Below the pieces are notes generated by a model that was not told where the DNA came from, did no database searches, and worked only from the letters and a program-made list of their open reading frames with translations. The position numbers were made by a program, and so were the translations under genes. This document shows positions 1 through 9,953 of a DNA stretch of 64,000 nucleotides, piece after piece (position 1 is the stretch's first letter; each line of letters starts with the position of its first letter). This DNA comes from Deltaproteobacteria bacterium (GTDB lineage: Bacteria > Bdellovibrionota_C > UBA2361 > SZUA-149 > JADZAE01): assembly GCA_020852715.1 (NCBI GenBank), contig JADZAE010000060.1, positions 8,786-72,785 of the forward strand, written 5' to 3'.

Positions 1-2264
1 GCTATCAGCCACAAGTGATAGTTGGGGTTAAGGGTAAAAGCATTAATATACTGATAGGTACTGTCACTTAATAGTAAGGCTCCTAGGAGGGCCAAAACAG
101 CTAGGCTAAAAGCAAGTCCAAGCCATTTGCGCTTAGGGCTTGCTTCGGTTGGGGAGTTGATGGGGGCTGATAAGTATAAGACGCAGAGCGATAATACTTT
201 CAGTGAGCAAAAAACATATGCACAGGCCTTAAATCCGATTAGCGGCAAGAGCAGAGCGGAAATGCTAAAAGCACCCAGTGCGGCTGCTAAAAAATCAAGC
301 GCAAAAATAAAGCTCGCAGCTTCGCGAAGGTCAGTGCTGAGAGTTTGGGAGATAGCGCGCAGTTGCCAGGCTTGTATGGCGCCTAAAGAAAAGTTAAGTG
401 CGGCTACGATGAGCAAAATATAGTAAGAAGATAATTGGTAACTTCTGCTCAGTGCGAAAATAATAGTCGGTAGCAGCAGGCTTAGTAAAAGAACAAGGGC
501 ATCTGCACCTAAGATCTGCTTGCGCTTGGTAACAGTTGCATTGATCTGAAAGTATGAGCCGCAGAACGATCCGCTCAAATAAGCCCCGAACAATAGGCCA
601 AGATCGGCAAAAGAATGACCGCTCAAAATCTGATAGCTAAAGAGCAAAAGTAAACTTAGTCCCAGGCAAGCAAAGCTAGTGGTCGAGCATGAAAAGGCCA
701 GCACGGTGCTTTTTGTGTGTAGCTTAGCCAAAGCCAGCAGCGCACCGCCAAGTAGAGCACAAAACAGGTACCACCAGGCTGACTGCGAAAACTGACTTAA
801 CCAAATTCGGGCATAATGCCAGTAAGCGACGGGGGAGAAGTTACTATTAACCGGAGCGTTTTGAAGTAACGCAGATTGCAAATCAGCGAGGCGCTCAAGT
901 GTAATAATTGAGCGCAAATAATCCGGAGTTAGGAAAAAAGGTTTCAGCGCAGAAATAGCGGGTAGTGCAGCGATATCAGGATTTAGCCTGCCCTGGCTTG
1001 CTAACAGGTAAACATGAGATCCGGGCAATAAGAGATTGTTTTTAAAGTTTTCGGCCAGCGCCTTATAAATAGAACTGATCAGAGCAGAAACCTCAGGAGT
1101 CAGATAGTTGATATTGGCGCTTAAGCGTAGCGCGACAATCCCATCGGCGCTGAGATGCGGGTAAAGCATGCTAAAGAATTCTGTTGTGTAGAGGCGATTG
1201 ATATAAAATGATGATGGCGTGGGTAGTGCCAGCATGATTATGTCATATTGCTCTGTAGCATGGCTTAGGAACTTATAAGGATCTTCAGCATAAAAAGTGA
1301 GGCGCGACTTGTATTTATCGGAGATGGTGGCTTGGATAATAGCTGCTAAATCCGGGTCAGATTCGAGATAATCGATTTTAAGCAGAGGATATTTAAGTAA
1401 CTCAGTAAATAGCGAGTTGCTACCGCCGGAAACTAGCAGCATTCTTTTTACTTGCTCTCTTTGAGCTAAAATATAATGGGCTTGCTCCTCTGTCTCTAAG
1501 CTTACAGAGTCAGTTGATAGCAGTTGGGAATTTACAAATACAGAGCTTGTAGACTGCTGCTTTGTTTGGACAATGTAGCCATGCTGGGAAAAGGTTACGT
1601 TTTGCAAATCTTGCTGTGGATAACTAAGTCCTGTTGTGAATAACTCAATATTTCGTGACCAAGCGAAGATGATAATAAAAATAAACAAGGTAAAGTAGCT
1701 TAAGGCTTTAGGAGTGTAGGCCGCTGATTTTGAAAAAGAGGCTCCGGATAACAATAAAATGATAATGGAACCGAGAGAAAGAATTTGCAGTGGTGAAAAC
1801 CAATCTGCAAGAAGTAGCGAATAGCAGATACAAGCTCCGACTGAGCCTAATGAGTCCCAAGCATAAATGGAAGAAAAGGAACTATTGGGAAATTGCTTAC
1901 CTGCGTTTACCAGCTGCGGCAGCGAATAGCCGACAGCAAAGCAAAAAGGCAGAAGCGTAATAAGAGATAGCAGTAAAGAGGTTAGCGGATCTATTGTTAA
2001 AACGGCAAAGAAGCCGGCATGAAGAAAACGCAATGCAATTAAAGATGACAGGGGATAAAAAATGAGGATGAAAGCCAAGGCGAGGGGATTGATACGCAGT
2101 TTATTGCAAGTGCTGGCAATGCCGGTAAGCAGAAGCCAGCAAGCCATGATAGAGCCGATGATTAATTCATTAGAAGCATAAAAAGAGGCAAACTCGCGCA
2201 CAATGACGAGTTGATAAGTAAGGCTAATAAAGCCGAGCAAAAAAGCAAATAATTGTGCCTGCAT
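1..2264 (-). CDS. Fused polytopic membrane (MFS-like) / spermidine synthase-like protein. Partial: the 3' end runs off the window start. Not in the ORF track because no stop lies within the window.
   Basis: Manual translation of the minus strand gives a continuous frame of many hydrophobic TM segments, then a spermidine-synthase-like middle (…YTTEFFSMLYPHLSADGIVALRL…) and more TM helices. The first ATG after an in-frame stop is at 2264. Confidence 0.55.
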   Translation of the reverse strand, partial: MQAQLFAFLLGFISLTYQLVIVREFASFYASNELIIGSIMACWLLLTGIASTCNKLRINPLALAFILIFYPLSSLIALRFLHAGFFAVLTIDPLTSLLLSLITLLPFCFAVGYSLPQLVNAGKQFPNSSFSSIYAWDSLGSVGACICYSLLLADWFSPLQILSLGSIIILLLSGASFSKSAAYTPKALSYFTLFIFIIIFAWSRNIELFTTGLSYPQQDLQNVTFSQHGYIVQTKQQSTSSVFVNSQLLSTDSVSLETEEQAHYILAQREQVKRMLLVSGGSNSLFTELLKYPLLKIDYLESDPDLAAIIQATISDKYKSRLTFYAEDPYKFLSHATEQYDIIMLALPTPSSFYINRLYTTEFFSMLYPHLSADGIVALRLSANINYLTPEVSALISSIYKALAENFKNNLLLPGSHVYLLASQGRLNPDIAALPAISALKPFFLTPDYLRSIITLERLADLQSALLQNAPVNSNFSPVAYWHYARIWLSQFSQSAWWYLFCALLGGALLALAKLHTKSTVLAFSCSTTSFACLGLSLLLLFSYQILSGHSFADLGLLFGAYLSGSFCGSYFQINATVTKRKQILGADALVLLLSLLLPTIIFALSRSYQLSSYYILLIVAALNFSLGAIQAWQLRAISQTLSTDLREAASFIFALDFLAAALGAFSISALLLPLIGFKACAYVFCSLKVLSLCVLYLSAPINSPTEASPKRKWLGLAFSLAVLALLGALLLSDSTYQYINAFTLNPNYHLWLI

Positions 2265-2359
2265 AGAAGCTGTAAGCCATAAATCCTGAAATAATATCGT
2301 TTATACCCTGTAGAGGGTTCATATTGAAAGGAATATTTTACGAGTGGTTTATTGATCAC

Positions 2360-2530
2360 AAAATGCCGCGGGCGACTTGGCGCGCGTGGCATGATCTGGA
2401 GGCTGCAGGCCCGAAGATCTGACGCGCCGGCGACACAGTTGTTCGCTGACGCGCACAACATGTATCCGCGCTTCACAAGCGTTTGTAAAATTATTTACCA
2501 TCGTGGCGGCGTGGCCGAGGGTGTTAGCGT
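2360..2530. repeat. GC-rich intergenic repeat, copy A. Carries the conserved core and the 3' module 'cttcacaagcgtttgtaaaattattt…cgtggcggcg' shared with copy B.
   Basis: A local GC spike in an AT-rich genome. Both 'ggcccgaagatctg' and 'cacaagcgtttgtaaaattattt' are shared almost exactly with 14745-14932. Core 'cagttgttcgctgacgcgcacaacatg' is shared with copies C, D and E. Confidence 0.7.
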
Positions 2531-4077
2531 TACTTTTCGTCGGGGTTGATAGCTAAATCAAAGGTCAATGTCTTATTCGGGGTAATTAATGTTTTCTTGC
2601 TTCCTTCGATTAAGGCCATGCTCCGATAGCCTTGCGAAACAATGGTTGAGGATTCGCTGGGGGTGAGATCGTCATTTAAGCCCTGCCCGCGCATTAGGGT
2701 TGGTAATAACTTGGTTAGGCTTTGATATTCATCGTTTCTACTTCTATTCAGGGTAGCGATCGTATCTGTGCATTTGGAATTTTCCGGTCCCAAGCAGATA
2801 AAAGCCAGCGGCACATTTATTAATTCCTGAAATAGTGGGCTATCGTGCGCGTGTAGCAGATACCCATGTTCGCCCAATGCTTCTCCGTGATCTGAGGTGA
2901 TGGCAAGTAGTATGCTTTGATTATTGCTTTGAGCGTGAGCTTCTATTTCTTTGATTAGGGCAAACACATTTTGGTCATTAAGTCGGACAGCTTGCTGATA
3001 CTGGTCAGTGATGTCATTTTTAAGCTTGGCTTTTATTGCCTCTGTGCCTTTCATGAACTGGCCGACAGTATTTAGGTAATTGGCCTGTATGCGGTTCTTT
3101 ACTCCCATAAATGGGAAATGCGTTCCGTAAAAATGCACTGTCAGAAAATACGGGGCAGTGATGGCGGCGTTTTCTAAGTCATATTTGATTGTTCGCACAA
3201 TGGCTTGATCGTCAAAGCCATGTTCCAGTTCGTAGAGGTTGATACCTTTTAATCTTTTCGCTAACAACTTCTCCTGAACTAAGCGTTTTCTGATTAGCGG
3301 CGGAGTTTGCAATTTTAGCTGGGGCTCGCAGATAAAAAGCGCTTCTAAGTTAAGCCAGTGATAGATTTGTGCCGAATATAAATAATTATGCACACCACTT
3401 GCCGCCAGCTCACGAAAATATGAATCATTGCAAGAAAAGGTTTGATTACCGATTTCGCTACGAGAGTGAAAGATGCGCGGCACAGAGATACTGGTTTCGC
3501 CGCCGGGGCTGATAAAATTCGAGTTTAGGTAATGTGGCCGGCTATGCAGATAACTAAGCACCTGAGGATAGTAGTCGCTAGTAAAATGCTTACTGTTTAC
3601 CGACTCCATTAAGAGTAGGACAACATTTAAGTCTACGCTCACATTTTGTTTGGGCAATGGAGCGATGTCGGTATCGAGCATTGTAACTTTTCGCTCATTA
3701 ATAAAGTTTCCTGAACTTGGTAGCTGTAGAGAAGGAGCGCTAAAGTGATATTTTTGCCAGCTATAGGCCATGATAATTAAAAAAACTATCATGATTATGC
3801 GTAGATTAACGCCCTTAACTTTAAAGTTACGACTGTAGTAGAGAGCGTAAAAAGTAATCACCACGAGCGCGAAACTATCCACCCAAAAAAGAAATATCTC
3901 GATAGGGCTAAAACTATAAAGGCCGGTATCAATGACTTCTTTGAAGGCAGGGGCATTTAGTGAATAGGTGAAGGATATTGTATAGCCGAAAACATCGTAA
4001 ATTTTATTGTTAAGATAAACAAAGCCCATTACAAACGCTGTGCCTAAAGCGATAAAAAAATCGATAAATTTTTTCAT
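2530..4077 (-). CDS. Sulfatase / alkaline-phosphatase-superfamily membrane protein (phosphoethanolamine-transferase- or LTA-synthase-like).
   Basis: About 5 N-terminal TM helices followed by a sulfatase-type periplasmic domain (…LAITSDHGEALGEHGYLLHAHD…, HFYGTHFPF). Confidence 0.65.
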   Translation of the reverse strand: MKKFIDFFIALGTAFVMGFVYLNNKIYDVFGYTISFTYSLNAPAFKEVIDTGLYSFSPIEIFLFWVDSFALVVITFYALYYSRNFKVKGVNLRIIMIVFLIIMAYSWQKYHFSAPSLQLPSSGNFINERKVTMLDTDIAPLPKQNVSVDLNVVLLLMESVNSKHFTSDYYPQVLSYLHSRPHYLNSNFISPGGETSISVPRIFHSRSEIGNQTFSCNDSYFRELAASGVHNYLYSAQIYHWLNLEALFICEPQLKLQTPPLIRKRLVQEKLLAKRLKGINLYELEHGFDDQAIVRTIKYDLENAAITAPYFLTVHFYGTHFPFMGVKNRIQANYLNTVGQFMKGTEAIKAKLKNDITDQYQQAVRLNDQNVFALIKEIEAHAQSNNQSILLAITSDHGEALGEHGYLLHAHDSPLFQELINVPLAFICLGPENSKCTDTIATLNRSRNDEYQSLTKLLPTLMRGQGLNDDLTPSESSTIVSQGYRSMALIEGSKKTLITPNKTLTFDLAINPDEK

Positions 4078-4328
4078 TATAGATGTAGTAAAAATATACC
4101 AAATACTTATTTGACCTTAAGTCTGCAAGATAATTAAACTTATTTTACTGATTGATCAACAGCAAAAGTCGCGTTTTTAGCTACTTTTAGTCGATATCTA
4201 TCATCTAACCATCTGAGAAGTAAGCTGTTTAGCCATTAACTGTATAATGGCCTGTGGTCGAATATCATTAGGTCTGAAGTGTATAGTTGGCTCAATGGCA
4301 AAGTGGTTTTCTTTTGCGGAGGCATTTC

Positions 4329-5486
4329 ATGGCGATTAGTAAATTAGAAGGTTCCCTAACCACAATTTCCGAAGGACAAAGCGACAATCGTATAGATCTT
4401 TCGTCTAGTTCTCGAGAGTATTACAAGCTTAAAGGTTTACTGGAAAAAGAGCGCGGTAATTCTCATTTGATTATTCTTCAAGGCACACCTGATCCTGATG
4501 CTATCTCTTCAGCTATGGCTTTAGGATTTCTGGGGATGCCTTACGGTATTGAGGCAACAGTGCTTTGTTTTATGGCTGTTAGTCATCAGGAGAATAGAGC
4601 TTTAGTAAAAAAGCTAGGTATTAAGCTGACAGTTTACGAGCAAGGTTTTGATTTTGCTAATTATGACATTTACAGCATAGTTGATTCACAAAAGCCTTCT
4701 ACGCCCGTTGATAAGCAGCTGCGCGAGGAGGGTGTTCGTTTTTTTGCTTTCATTGATCATCACCGTCCTGATCCGGCCGGTGTTCCTTATGCGAGCTTTG
4801 TTGATATTCGGGATGATGCAGCGAGCACTGCCGGTATTATGACGAGTTATATTGAGCAAGCTTATCCTGCGGGGCTGGATTTAGGAGACCCGGAGCAGGT
4901 GATTATGGCTACGGCATTAATGCATGGCATCAGAAGCGATACGCATAAATTTATTCGGGCTTCTCTGCTAGATCATCAAGCGGCAAGTTATTTATTTCCT
5001 AGTGTCGCCCATCAAACAATAGAACTGATTGAAAGAAAAATTTTAACCGCCGCGATGCTGGAAATGCTTGAGCAAGCACTGGTTAATAGAAAAGCGATAG
5101 ATAATATTATCTACTCTGATGTCGGGTTTGTAAGAGCCATTGATCGCGACGGGATTCCTCAGGCCGCCGAACTGCTTGTTACTCGCGAAGGTATAGATAC
5201 GGCGCTGGTTTGGGGCATAGTCGATGAAAAGTTTATAGACGGCTCATTTCGCACACGCAGCGAAATGATTAATCCTGATGAATTTCTAAAAGGCTGTCTA
5301 GGAATCTCACCGCAAAATGGCGAATATTACGGCGGCGGCAATTCGCGTGACAAAGGTGGTTTTCAAATTCCGCTTGGCTTTCTTTCTCAGTTCGACGATA
5401 AAGAACAAGTCTATGCTATGGCCAAAACGATTATTGAGCGATCTTTGCTTGATTATATAGGGAAAGCTTCTGAAACTGACAGATAA
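4329..5486 (+). CDS. DHH-family phosphoesterase (NrnA-like oligoribonuclease / pAp phosphatase).
   Basis: DHH motif (FIDHHRPD) and a DHHA1-like GGGNSRDKGG motif. GGAGG lies 7 nt upstream of the ATG at 4329; the longer ORF starting at 4287 lacks an SD. Confidence 0.7.
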   Translation: MAISKLEGSLTTISEGQSDNRIDLSSSSREYYKLKGLLEKERGNSHLIILQGTPDPDAISSAMALGFLGMPYGIEATVLCFMAVSHQENRALVKKLGIKLTVYEQGFDFANYDIYSIVDSQKPSTPVDKQLREEGVRFFAFIDHHRPDPAGVPYASFVDIRDDAASTAGIMTSYIEQAYPAGLDLGDPEQVIMATALMHGIRSDTHKFIRASLLDHQAASYLFPSVAHQTIELIERKILTAAMLEMLEQALVNRKAIDNIIYSDVGFVRAIDRDGIPQAAELLVTREGIDTALVWGIVDEKFIDGSFRTRSEMINPDEFLKGCLGISPQNGEYYGGGNSRDKGGFQIPLGFLSQFDDKEQVYAMAKTIIERSLLDYIGKASETDR

Positions 5487-5534
5487 ACGTACAGTCGGAT
5501 CCGCACGCAGTTAAATTAGCAACAAAGTAGAGTA

Positions 5535-5729
5535 TTACTGCTTAGGCTGAATTTTCTTACCGTAGGAAATTTCGCCTTTATCTATGCGTAAGGAAAAGCC
5601 GCAATCGGGGTTTGTGCAGGCCCATGCCTTATAGGTGACAGCAGCGCCATCCTGACCATAATCAGACAAGGGGATCAAAACTCCGTTATTGCACTTTAAG
5701 CAGCTAGGATATGATTTATTTTCCTCCAT
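5535..5729 (-). CDS. Small zinc-ribbon protein (YgiT-type-like, CxxC…CxxxxC).
   Basis: 64 aa with C-x2-C…C-x4-C. A truncated paralogous mini-ORF sits at ~51742. Confidence 0.45.
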   Translation of the reverse strand: MEENKSYPSCLKCNNGVLIPLSDYGQDGAAVTYKAWACTNPDCGFSLRIDKGEISYGKKIQPKQ

Positions 5730-6392
5730 CTCACCACCACTTCAAAAGGAATGACTATTAATTAATAAATCCACAAATAAGGCATATATTTAAAAAGCAC
5801 CTCATGGGATGAAGCAATTTCGGCTCTCATATATCTGTCTGTGGAAAAAGGCAATATGTGCCTATATACTATTAAATTATATGGCTGTGGGAGAAGAACC
5901 AAAGCATTGGCTTTGGTATGATGTAAAATTCTTAGTATAACGTTGTAGTATCCCATTACCAAAAACTAAATTAACTTTTGAGCCGAAAAGCATAAATGCT
6001 TTCTATCTTTGTCCTAAGGTAATGGTATATTTTTGTTTGGCTCTTAATTCAGCCATCTATGGCTTAATTAAGAGCATTTTTGGGGGTGAATCGGGGTTTC
6101 GCCCCCGAGGAAACCATCCTTGGTTTCCTTTATACCGTACACAAAGATAGTATTACCTAGTAAAGCGCCGTTCAAATTGTTTTTTGCGTACGGTATAATT
6201 GAGCGAGGAGCTAGTATTTTTGAAGTTTACGACGAAAAAGTAGCTAACTGTCTCTCTCCTGAATAACTACTAAAAGGTTAGCAAATTCTTGACATTATTG
6301 GGTCAATTATGTAGTAGCCCCTCGCTAAATGTTGGGCCTTATTGATTTTTGTTAGTGAGGTAGAAATAAGTTAGCCGGGAAATTTATTTTGT

Positions 6393-6467
6393 TGGGTGGT
6401 CGCCAAGTGGTAAGGCACCTGGTTTTGGTCCAGGCATTCGGGGGTTCGAATCCTCCCCGCCCAGCCA
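6393..6467 (+). tRNA. tRNA-Gln (anticodon UUG).
   Basis: Cloverleaf by eye: acceptor stem TGGGTGG/CCGCCCA, anticodon stem CCTGG/CCAGG with loop TTTTGGT, T-arm GGTTCGAATCC, and 3' CCA encoded. Closely resembles E. coli tRNA-Gln. Confidence 0.9.
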
Positions 6468-6491
6468 TTAATTTTATTTAGGTGCTGAATT

Positions 6492-7451
6492 ATGAGCGAA
6501 CATGGGAGACTAACAGTTCTTTCCGGTCGATCAAATCTTCCGTTGGCGCAGTCTATTAGCTCATATGCCGGGGTTTCACTGGGGACATGTAATATTCAGC
6601 TTTTCTGTGATGGAGAACTGAATGTTGAGATTACTGATAATGTTCGTGGTAATGATGTATTTGTTATTCAGAGCACCTCTTACCCGGTCAATGATCACTT
6701 GATGGAGCTGGCGATAATGATCGATGCTTTGAAGCGATCAAGTGCCAGAAGAATTACGGCGGTGCTTCCTTATTTTGGTTATGCTCGGCAGGATAGAAAA
6801 GTAAAGCCGCGTGTGCCTATTACGGCCAAATTGGTCGCTGATATTTTAGGAGCGGCAGGGGCATCTAGAGTATTAACGGTGGATTTGCATTCCGGGCAAA
6901 TCATGGGCTTTTTTGATGTGCCGGTTGATAACCTGTATTCGCGGCCGATACTACTGCGCTATTTGAAAGAGCAGTTTGGTGAGAGTGAAAAAGTATGCGT
7001 CATCAGCCCGGATTCAGGTGGAGTGCCCAGAGCGAGAGCCTTTGCTGCTCGCTTGGATACTACGCTGGCGATTATTGATAAGCGTCGCTTGGCGCCGAAC
7101 GAGGTAGCCGAAATGAACGTTGTCGGTGAGGTTAGAGATCGTGTCTGTTTGATTGTTGACGACATGATTGATACCGGACAAACCTTAGTTAAAACCGCTG
7201 ATGCAGTGCTTAATAAGGGGGCAAAGAAAGTGGTGGCAGTGGCTACTCATGGTGTCTTATCCGGGGGTGCCTGGGAGAGACTGATGGAGAGTAGCATTGA
7301 TAAAGTGGTGATTACGGATACTATTGATCACCCGAATATAAAAAAGTTTGAACAGAAATTTGTGCGATTATCGATTGCCAATCTGATTGGCGAAGCGATC
7401 AGAAGAATTCACGAAGAAGGTTCGATAAGCTCACTGTTTGAAGAAACGTGA
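6492..7451 (+). CDS. prs: Ribose-phosphate pyrophosphokinase (PRPP synthetase).
   Basis: Characteristic N-terminus and the PRPP-binding loop DLHSGQIMGFFD…VDDMIDTGQTL. Confidence 0.95.
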   Translation: MSEHGRLTVLSGRSNLPLAQSISSYAGVSLGTCNIQLFCDGELNVEITDNVRGNDVFVIQSTSYPVNDHLMELAIMIDALKRSSARRITAVLPYFGYARQDRKVKPRVPITAKLVADILGAAGASRVLTVDLHSGQIMGFFDVPVDNLYSRPILLRYLKEQFGESEKVCVISPDSGGVPRARAFAARLDTTLAIIDKRRLAPNEVAEMNVVGEVRDRVCLIVDDMIDTGQTLVKTADAVLNKGAKKVVAVATHGVLSGGAWERLMESSIDKVVITDTIDHPNIKKFEQKFVRLSIANLIGEAIRRIHEEGSISSLFEET

Positions 7452-7527
7452 TTTTGAATAAAAACGGCTTGCCTAGCGTAAACTAAAGGCGAATTAGGTT
7501 GAGCGATAACTGAAGAAGAGGTGCAAA

Positions 7528-8205
7528 GTGGAACTAATAGAATTAAACGTAGAGAAGCGTAACGAGCAGGGTTCAACAGCTATTCGTCAATTGCGTAAGG
7601 CCGGTTCGATTCCCGGAGTATTATATTCTGAGGGCAAAGAGTCTGTTGCTTTAACCGTTGATGGCATGCATTTTCATAAAAAAACAGATGGCGTACCCCG
7701 CACGCACTTAATTCAGCTGACTAGTGCTAGTGCTGATCTCAACGGTCGTAAGGCCCTGATTAAAGATATGCAGATTGAACCGATTAAACAGGTGGTTATG
7801 CACTTTGATCTGTATGAGGTCCATGCCGGTCGACGTATTGTGATCACTATTCCGGTTGAGTTAGTTGGCGAATCACCGGCCGTTAAGCAAAAACAAGGTA
7901 TTCTTGAGCAGAGTCTGTATGAAGTGGAAGTTGAGTGCGATCCGACTCAGATTCCGGAGAAGTTGGAGTTGGATATCAGCAAGCTAGAGCTGAATCATTC
8001 TATTTTTGCCGGCGATATTGTTGTGCCTGAGGGCACTAAACTGAAAACCGATAAGCAGCTAAACGTGGTTAGTATTGTTGTTCCGCAAGAAGAAGTCCAG
8101 GCGGCCACTACGGCTACTACTACGGCTACTACTACTCCTGAGGCTACAGCAGCTGCTCCCAGTGCCGGCGGAGCTGCGAAGGAAGGAAAGAAGGGTAAAG
8201 AGTAA
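7528..8205 (+). CDS. rplY: 50S ribosomal protein L25 / general stress protein Ctc, with a C-terminal Ala/Thr-rich tail.
   Basis: L25/Ctc N-terminal domain (MELIELNVEKRNEQGSTAIRQLRKAG…). The tail ATTATTTATTT is encoded by a 12-bp tandem (actacggctact x2). Confidence 0.85.
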   Translation: MELIELNVEKRNEQGSTAIRQLRKAGSIPGVLYSEGKESVALTVDGMHFHKKTDGVPRTHLIQLTSASADLNGRKALIKDMQIEPIKQVVMHFDLYEVHAGRRIVITIPVELVGESPAVKQKQGILEQSLYEVEVECDPTQIPEKLELDISKLELNHSIFAGDIVVPEGTKLKTDKQLNVVSIVVPQEEVQAATTATTTATTTPEATAAAPSAGGAAKEGKKGKE

Positions 8206-8211
8206 TCAACA

Positions 8212-8814
8212 GTGTATGCTGTAATCGGATTAGGGAACCCGGGTAAACGTTATGAGCTTACCCGGCATAATGTCGGATTCTGGGTAGTTGACTATATATA
8301 TTCCCAGAGCGGCAAGGAACAAGCGGGGCTCAGCTGGAAGCGTTTTGAGGAAGTTGATACTTGTCTCGTTGCGCGTAGCCCCGAGCCGATGATGTTGCTT
8401 AAACCACTAAAGTATATGAACTTAAGTGGGGAAGCGGTGCAGCCGGTATTGCATTTTTATAAAATCAATCCGAAACAGGTGATTGTTATCCATGATGATA
8501 TTGATTTGCCTTGCGGACAGTTAAGGATCAGAGAGGGGCGTAAATCCGGTGGTCACCGTGGTGTGCAAAATATGATTGATATGCTCGGTGGAAGTGATTT
8601 TGCTCGAATCCGAATAGGGGTGGGCAGACCGGGTCAAGTAGCTGAAAATACAGATGCTATTGATCCTGGAGACTGGGTGATAGGTAAGCCTAGCTTTATC
8701 GAGGAAGGTTTGCTAAGAGAGGCCGTTCAAAAAGCGGCTGAAGCGCTGAATGTATTGATAAATGACGGGCTTATCAAAGCGCAGAACAGATTTAATACAA
8801 AAGTGGAAAATTAA
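8212..8814 (+). CDS. pth: Peptidyl-tRNA hydrolase.
   Basis: GTG start. VIGLGNPGKRYELTRHNVGF and the …HDDIDLPCGQLRIR… motifs. Confidence 0.9.
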   Translation: MYAVIGLGNPGKRYELTRHNVGFWVVDYIYSQSGKEQAGLSWKRFEEVDTCLVARSPEPMMLLKPLKYMNLSGEAVQPVLHFYKINPKQVIVIHDDIDLPCGQLRIREGRKSGGHRGVQNMIDMLGGSDFARIRIGVGRPGQVAENTDAIDPGDWVIGKPSFIEEGLLREAVQKAAEALNVLINDGLIKAQNRFNTKVEN

Positions 8815-8843
8815 AAATTGATAGACTTGAGAGTGAACGAGAA

Positions 8844-9260
8844 ATGAACAGAGATTACGAGACAATTATAATTTTTGATAGCAATTTGGATAATAATGCT
8901 GTTGGTCAGGAGGTTGATAAGATTGCGGCATTGGTTGGCAATCATCAGGGAGCAGTTAAGACTAGGCATGTTGTTGGTCGCAAGCGCTTGGCCTATAAAG
9001 TTAAACACAAAGAATATGGTGTTTATGTGCAGTTAGTTCTTGATGGCGACAATAAACTGGTAGCTGATTTAGATAGACAGTTGTCGATCAATGAGAGTGT
9101 CTTACGCCATAGTATCGTTAAGAAGGATAAACATTCTCCGGATGGTGAATTGGTATTCTTAGATGACGTGTCAGAGGTTGATGATATTTTAGCAAATGTA
9201 ACGATTGCCGCCGATGACGAGGAAACAGCGGAAATCGCGGACGCAGAATTGAACGCATGA
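8844..9260 (+). CDS. rpsF: 30S ribosomal protein S6 with an acidic C-terminal tail.
   Basis: S6 fold signature (YETIIIFDSNLD…) and a C-terminal D/E-rich tail. Confidence 0.8.
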   Translation: MNRDYETIIIFDSNLDNNAVGQEVDKIAALVGNHQGAVKTRHVVGRKRLAYKVKHKEYGVYVQLVLDGDNKLVADLDRQLSINESVLRHSIVKKDKHSPDGELVFLDDVSEVDDILANVTIAADDEETAEIADAELNA

Positions 9261-9279
9261 GAAGGAAGAGGGGAGAATC

Positions 9280-9897
9280 ATGGAAGTAATTTTAACAGAT
9301 GATATAGTCGGGGTTGGAGACGTTGGCGAAAAAGTTAACGTGAAGCCGGGTTACGCCCGTAATTTCTTGTTCCCGCGGGGATTGGCGTTTGAAACATCAA
9401 CACGTCGTGCTACGGAAGTTGTGCATCGCATGAAGCAAGTAGAAGCCAAGAAAAAACAGCTTAAAGTGGCCGCTCAGAAAGTCGCCGAGGATTTACGCAG
9501 CGTAGTTATCGAGTTAGGTTTACGTGTAGGCGCCGGCGGACGTGTTTTTGGATCAATCAGCTCACGTGATATAGCAGAAAAGCTGCAGGCCGGAGGTTAT
9601 GAAATTGACCGTCGCCGTGTTATTTTAGCTGAGCACATCAAAAAAGTGGGTATTCACTATGTGAAAGTAAAGCTACATGCTGAAGTTGATGTGCAAATAA
9701 AGATTAATATTGCTCAATTAGCTGCGACCAAGGAAGAAGAAGAGAAGGCAGCGTTAGAGCTTAAAGAGCGCATGGAAGCTCGTAAGGCTGAAGAACAGAG
9801 CGAAGAAATTGCCGGAGCCAAGGAAGGTGCTGGAGCTGAAACTGAGGTAAAAGAAGATAAGGCTCCGAAGAAAGCTAAGGGCAAAAAGAAAGAATAG
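9280..9897 (+). CDS. rplI: 50S ribosomal protein L9 with a ~55-aa K/E-rich C-terminal extension.
   Basis: MEVILTDDIVGVGDVGEKVNVKPGYARNFLFPRGLA. Starts 19 nt after rpsF, with no rpsR or priB in between. Confidence 0.85.
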   Translation: MEVILTDDIVGVGDVGEKVNVKPGYARNFLFPRGLAFETSTRRATEVVHRMKQVEAKKKQLKVAAQKVAEDLRSVVIELGLRVGAGGRVFGSISSRDIAEKLQAGGYEIDRRRVILAEHIKKVGIHYVKVKLHAEVDVQIKINIAQLAATKEEEEKAALELKERMEARKAEEQSEEIAGAKEGAGAETEVKEDKAPKKAKGKKKE

Positions 9898-9953
9898 AAA
9901 TAAATCATTTAGGGTCGAAAGAGAGTAACAATAAAAGCTTAGGCTGAAACTTT

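Noticed and set aside
127-423. 98-aa plus-strand ORF at the window start.
   Set aside because: It lies antisense to the long membrane/spermidine-synthase gene whose frame is continuous across this region.
2352-2549. ORF-track ORFs lying inside GC-rich repeats (2352-2549 +, 14731-14937 +, 18808-19170 +, 18869-19142 -, 33001-33333).
   Set aside because: Arg/Ala/Gly-rich translations without SDs. Their extent coincides with repeat blocks, so they are artefacts of local GC richness.
5762-5962. 66-aa minus ORF in the spacer before tRNA-Gln.
   Set aside because: No SD and implausible composition. The region is better explained as a structured non-coding spacer.
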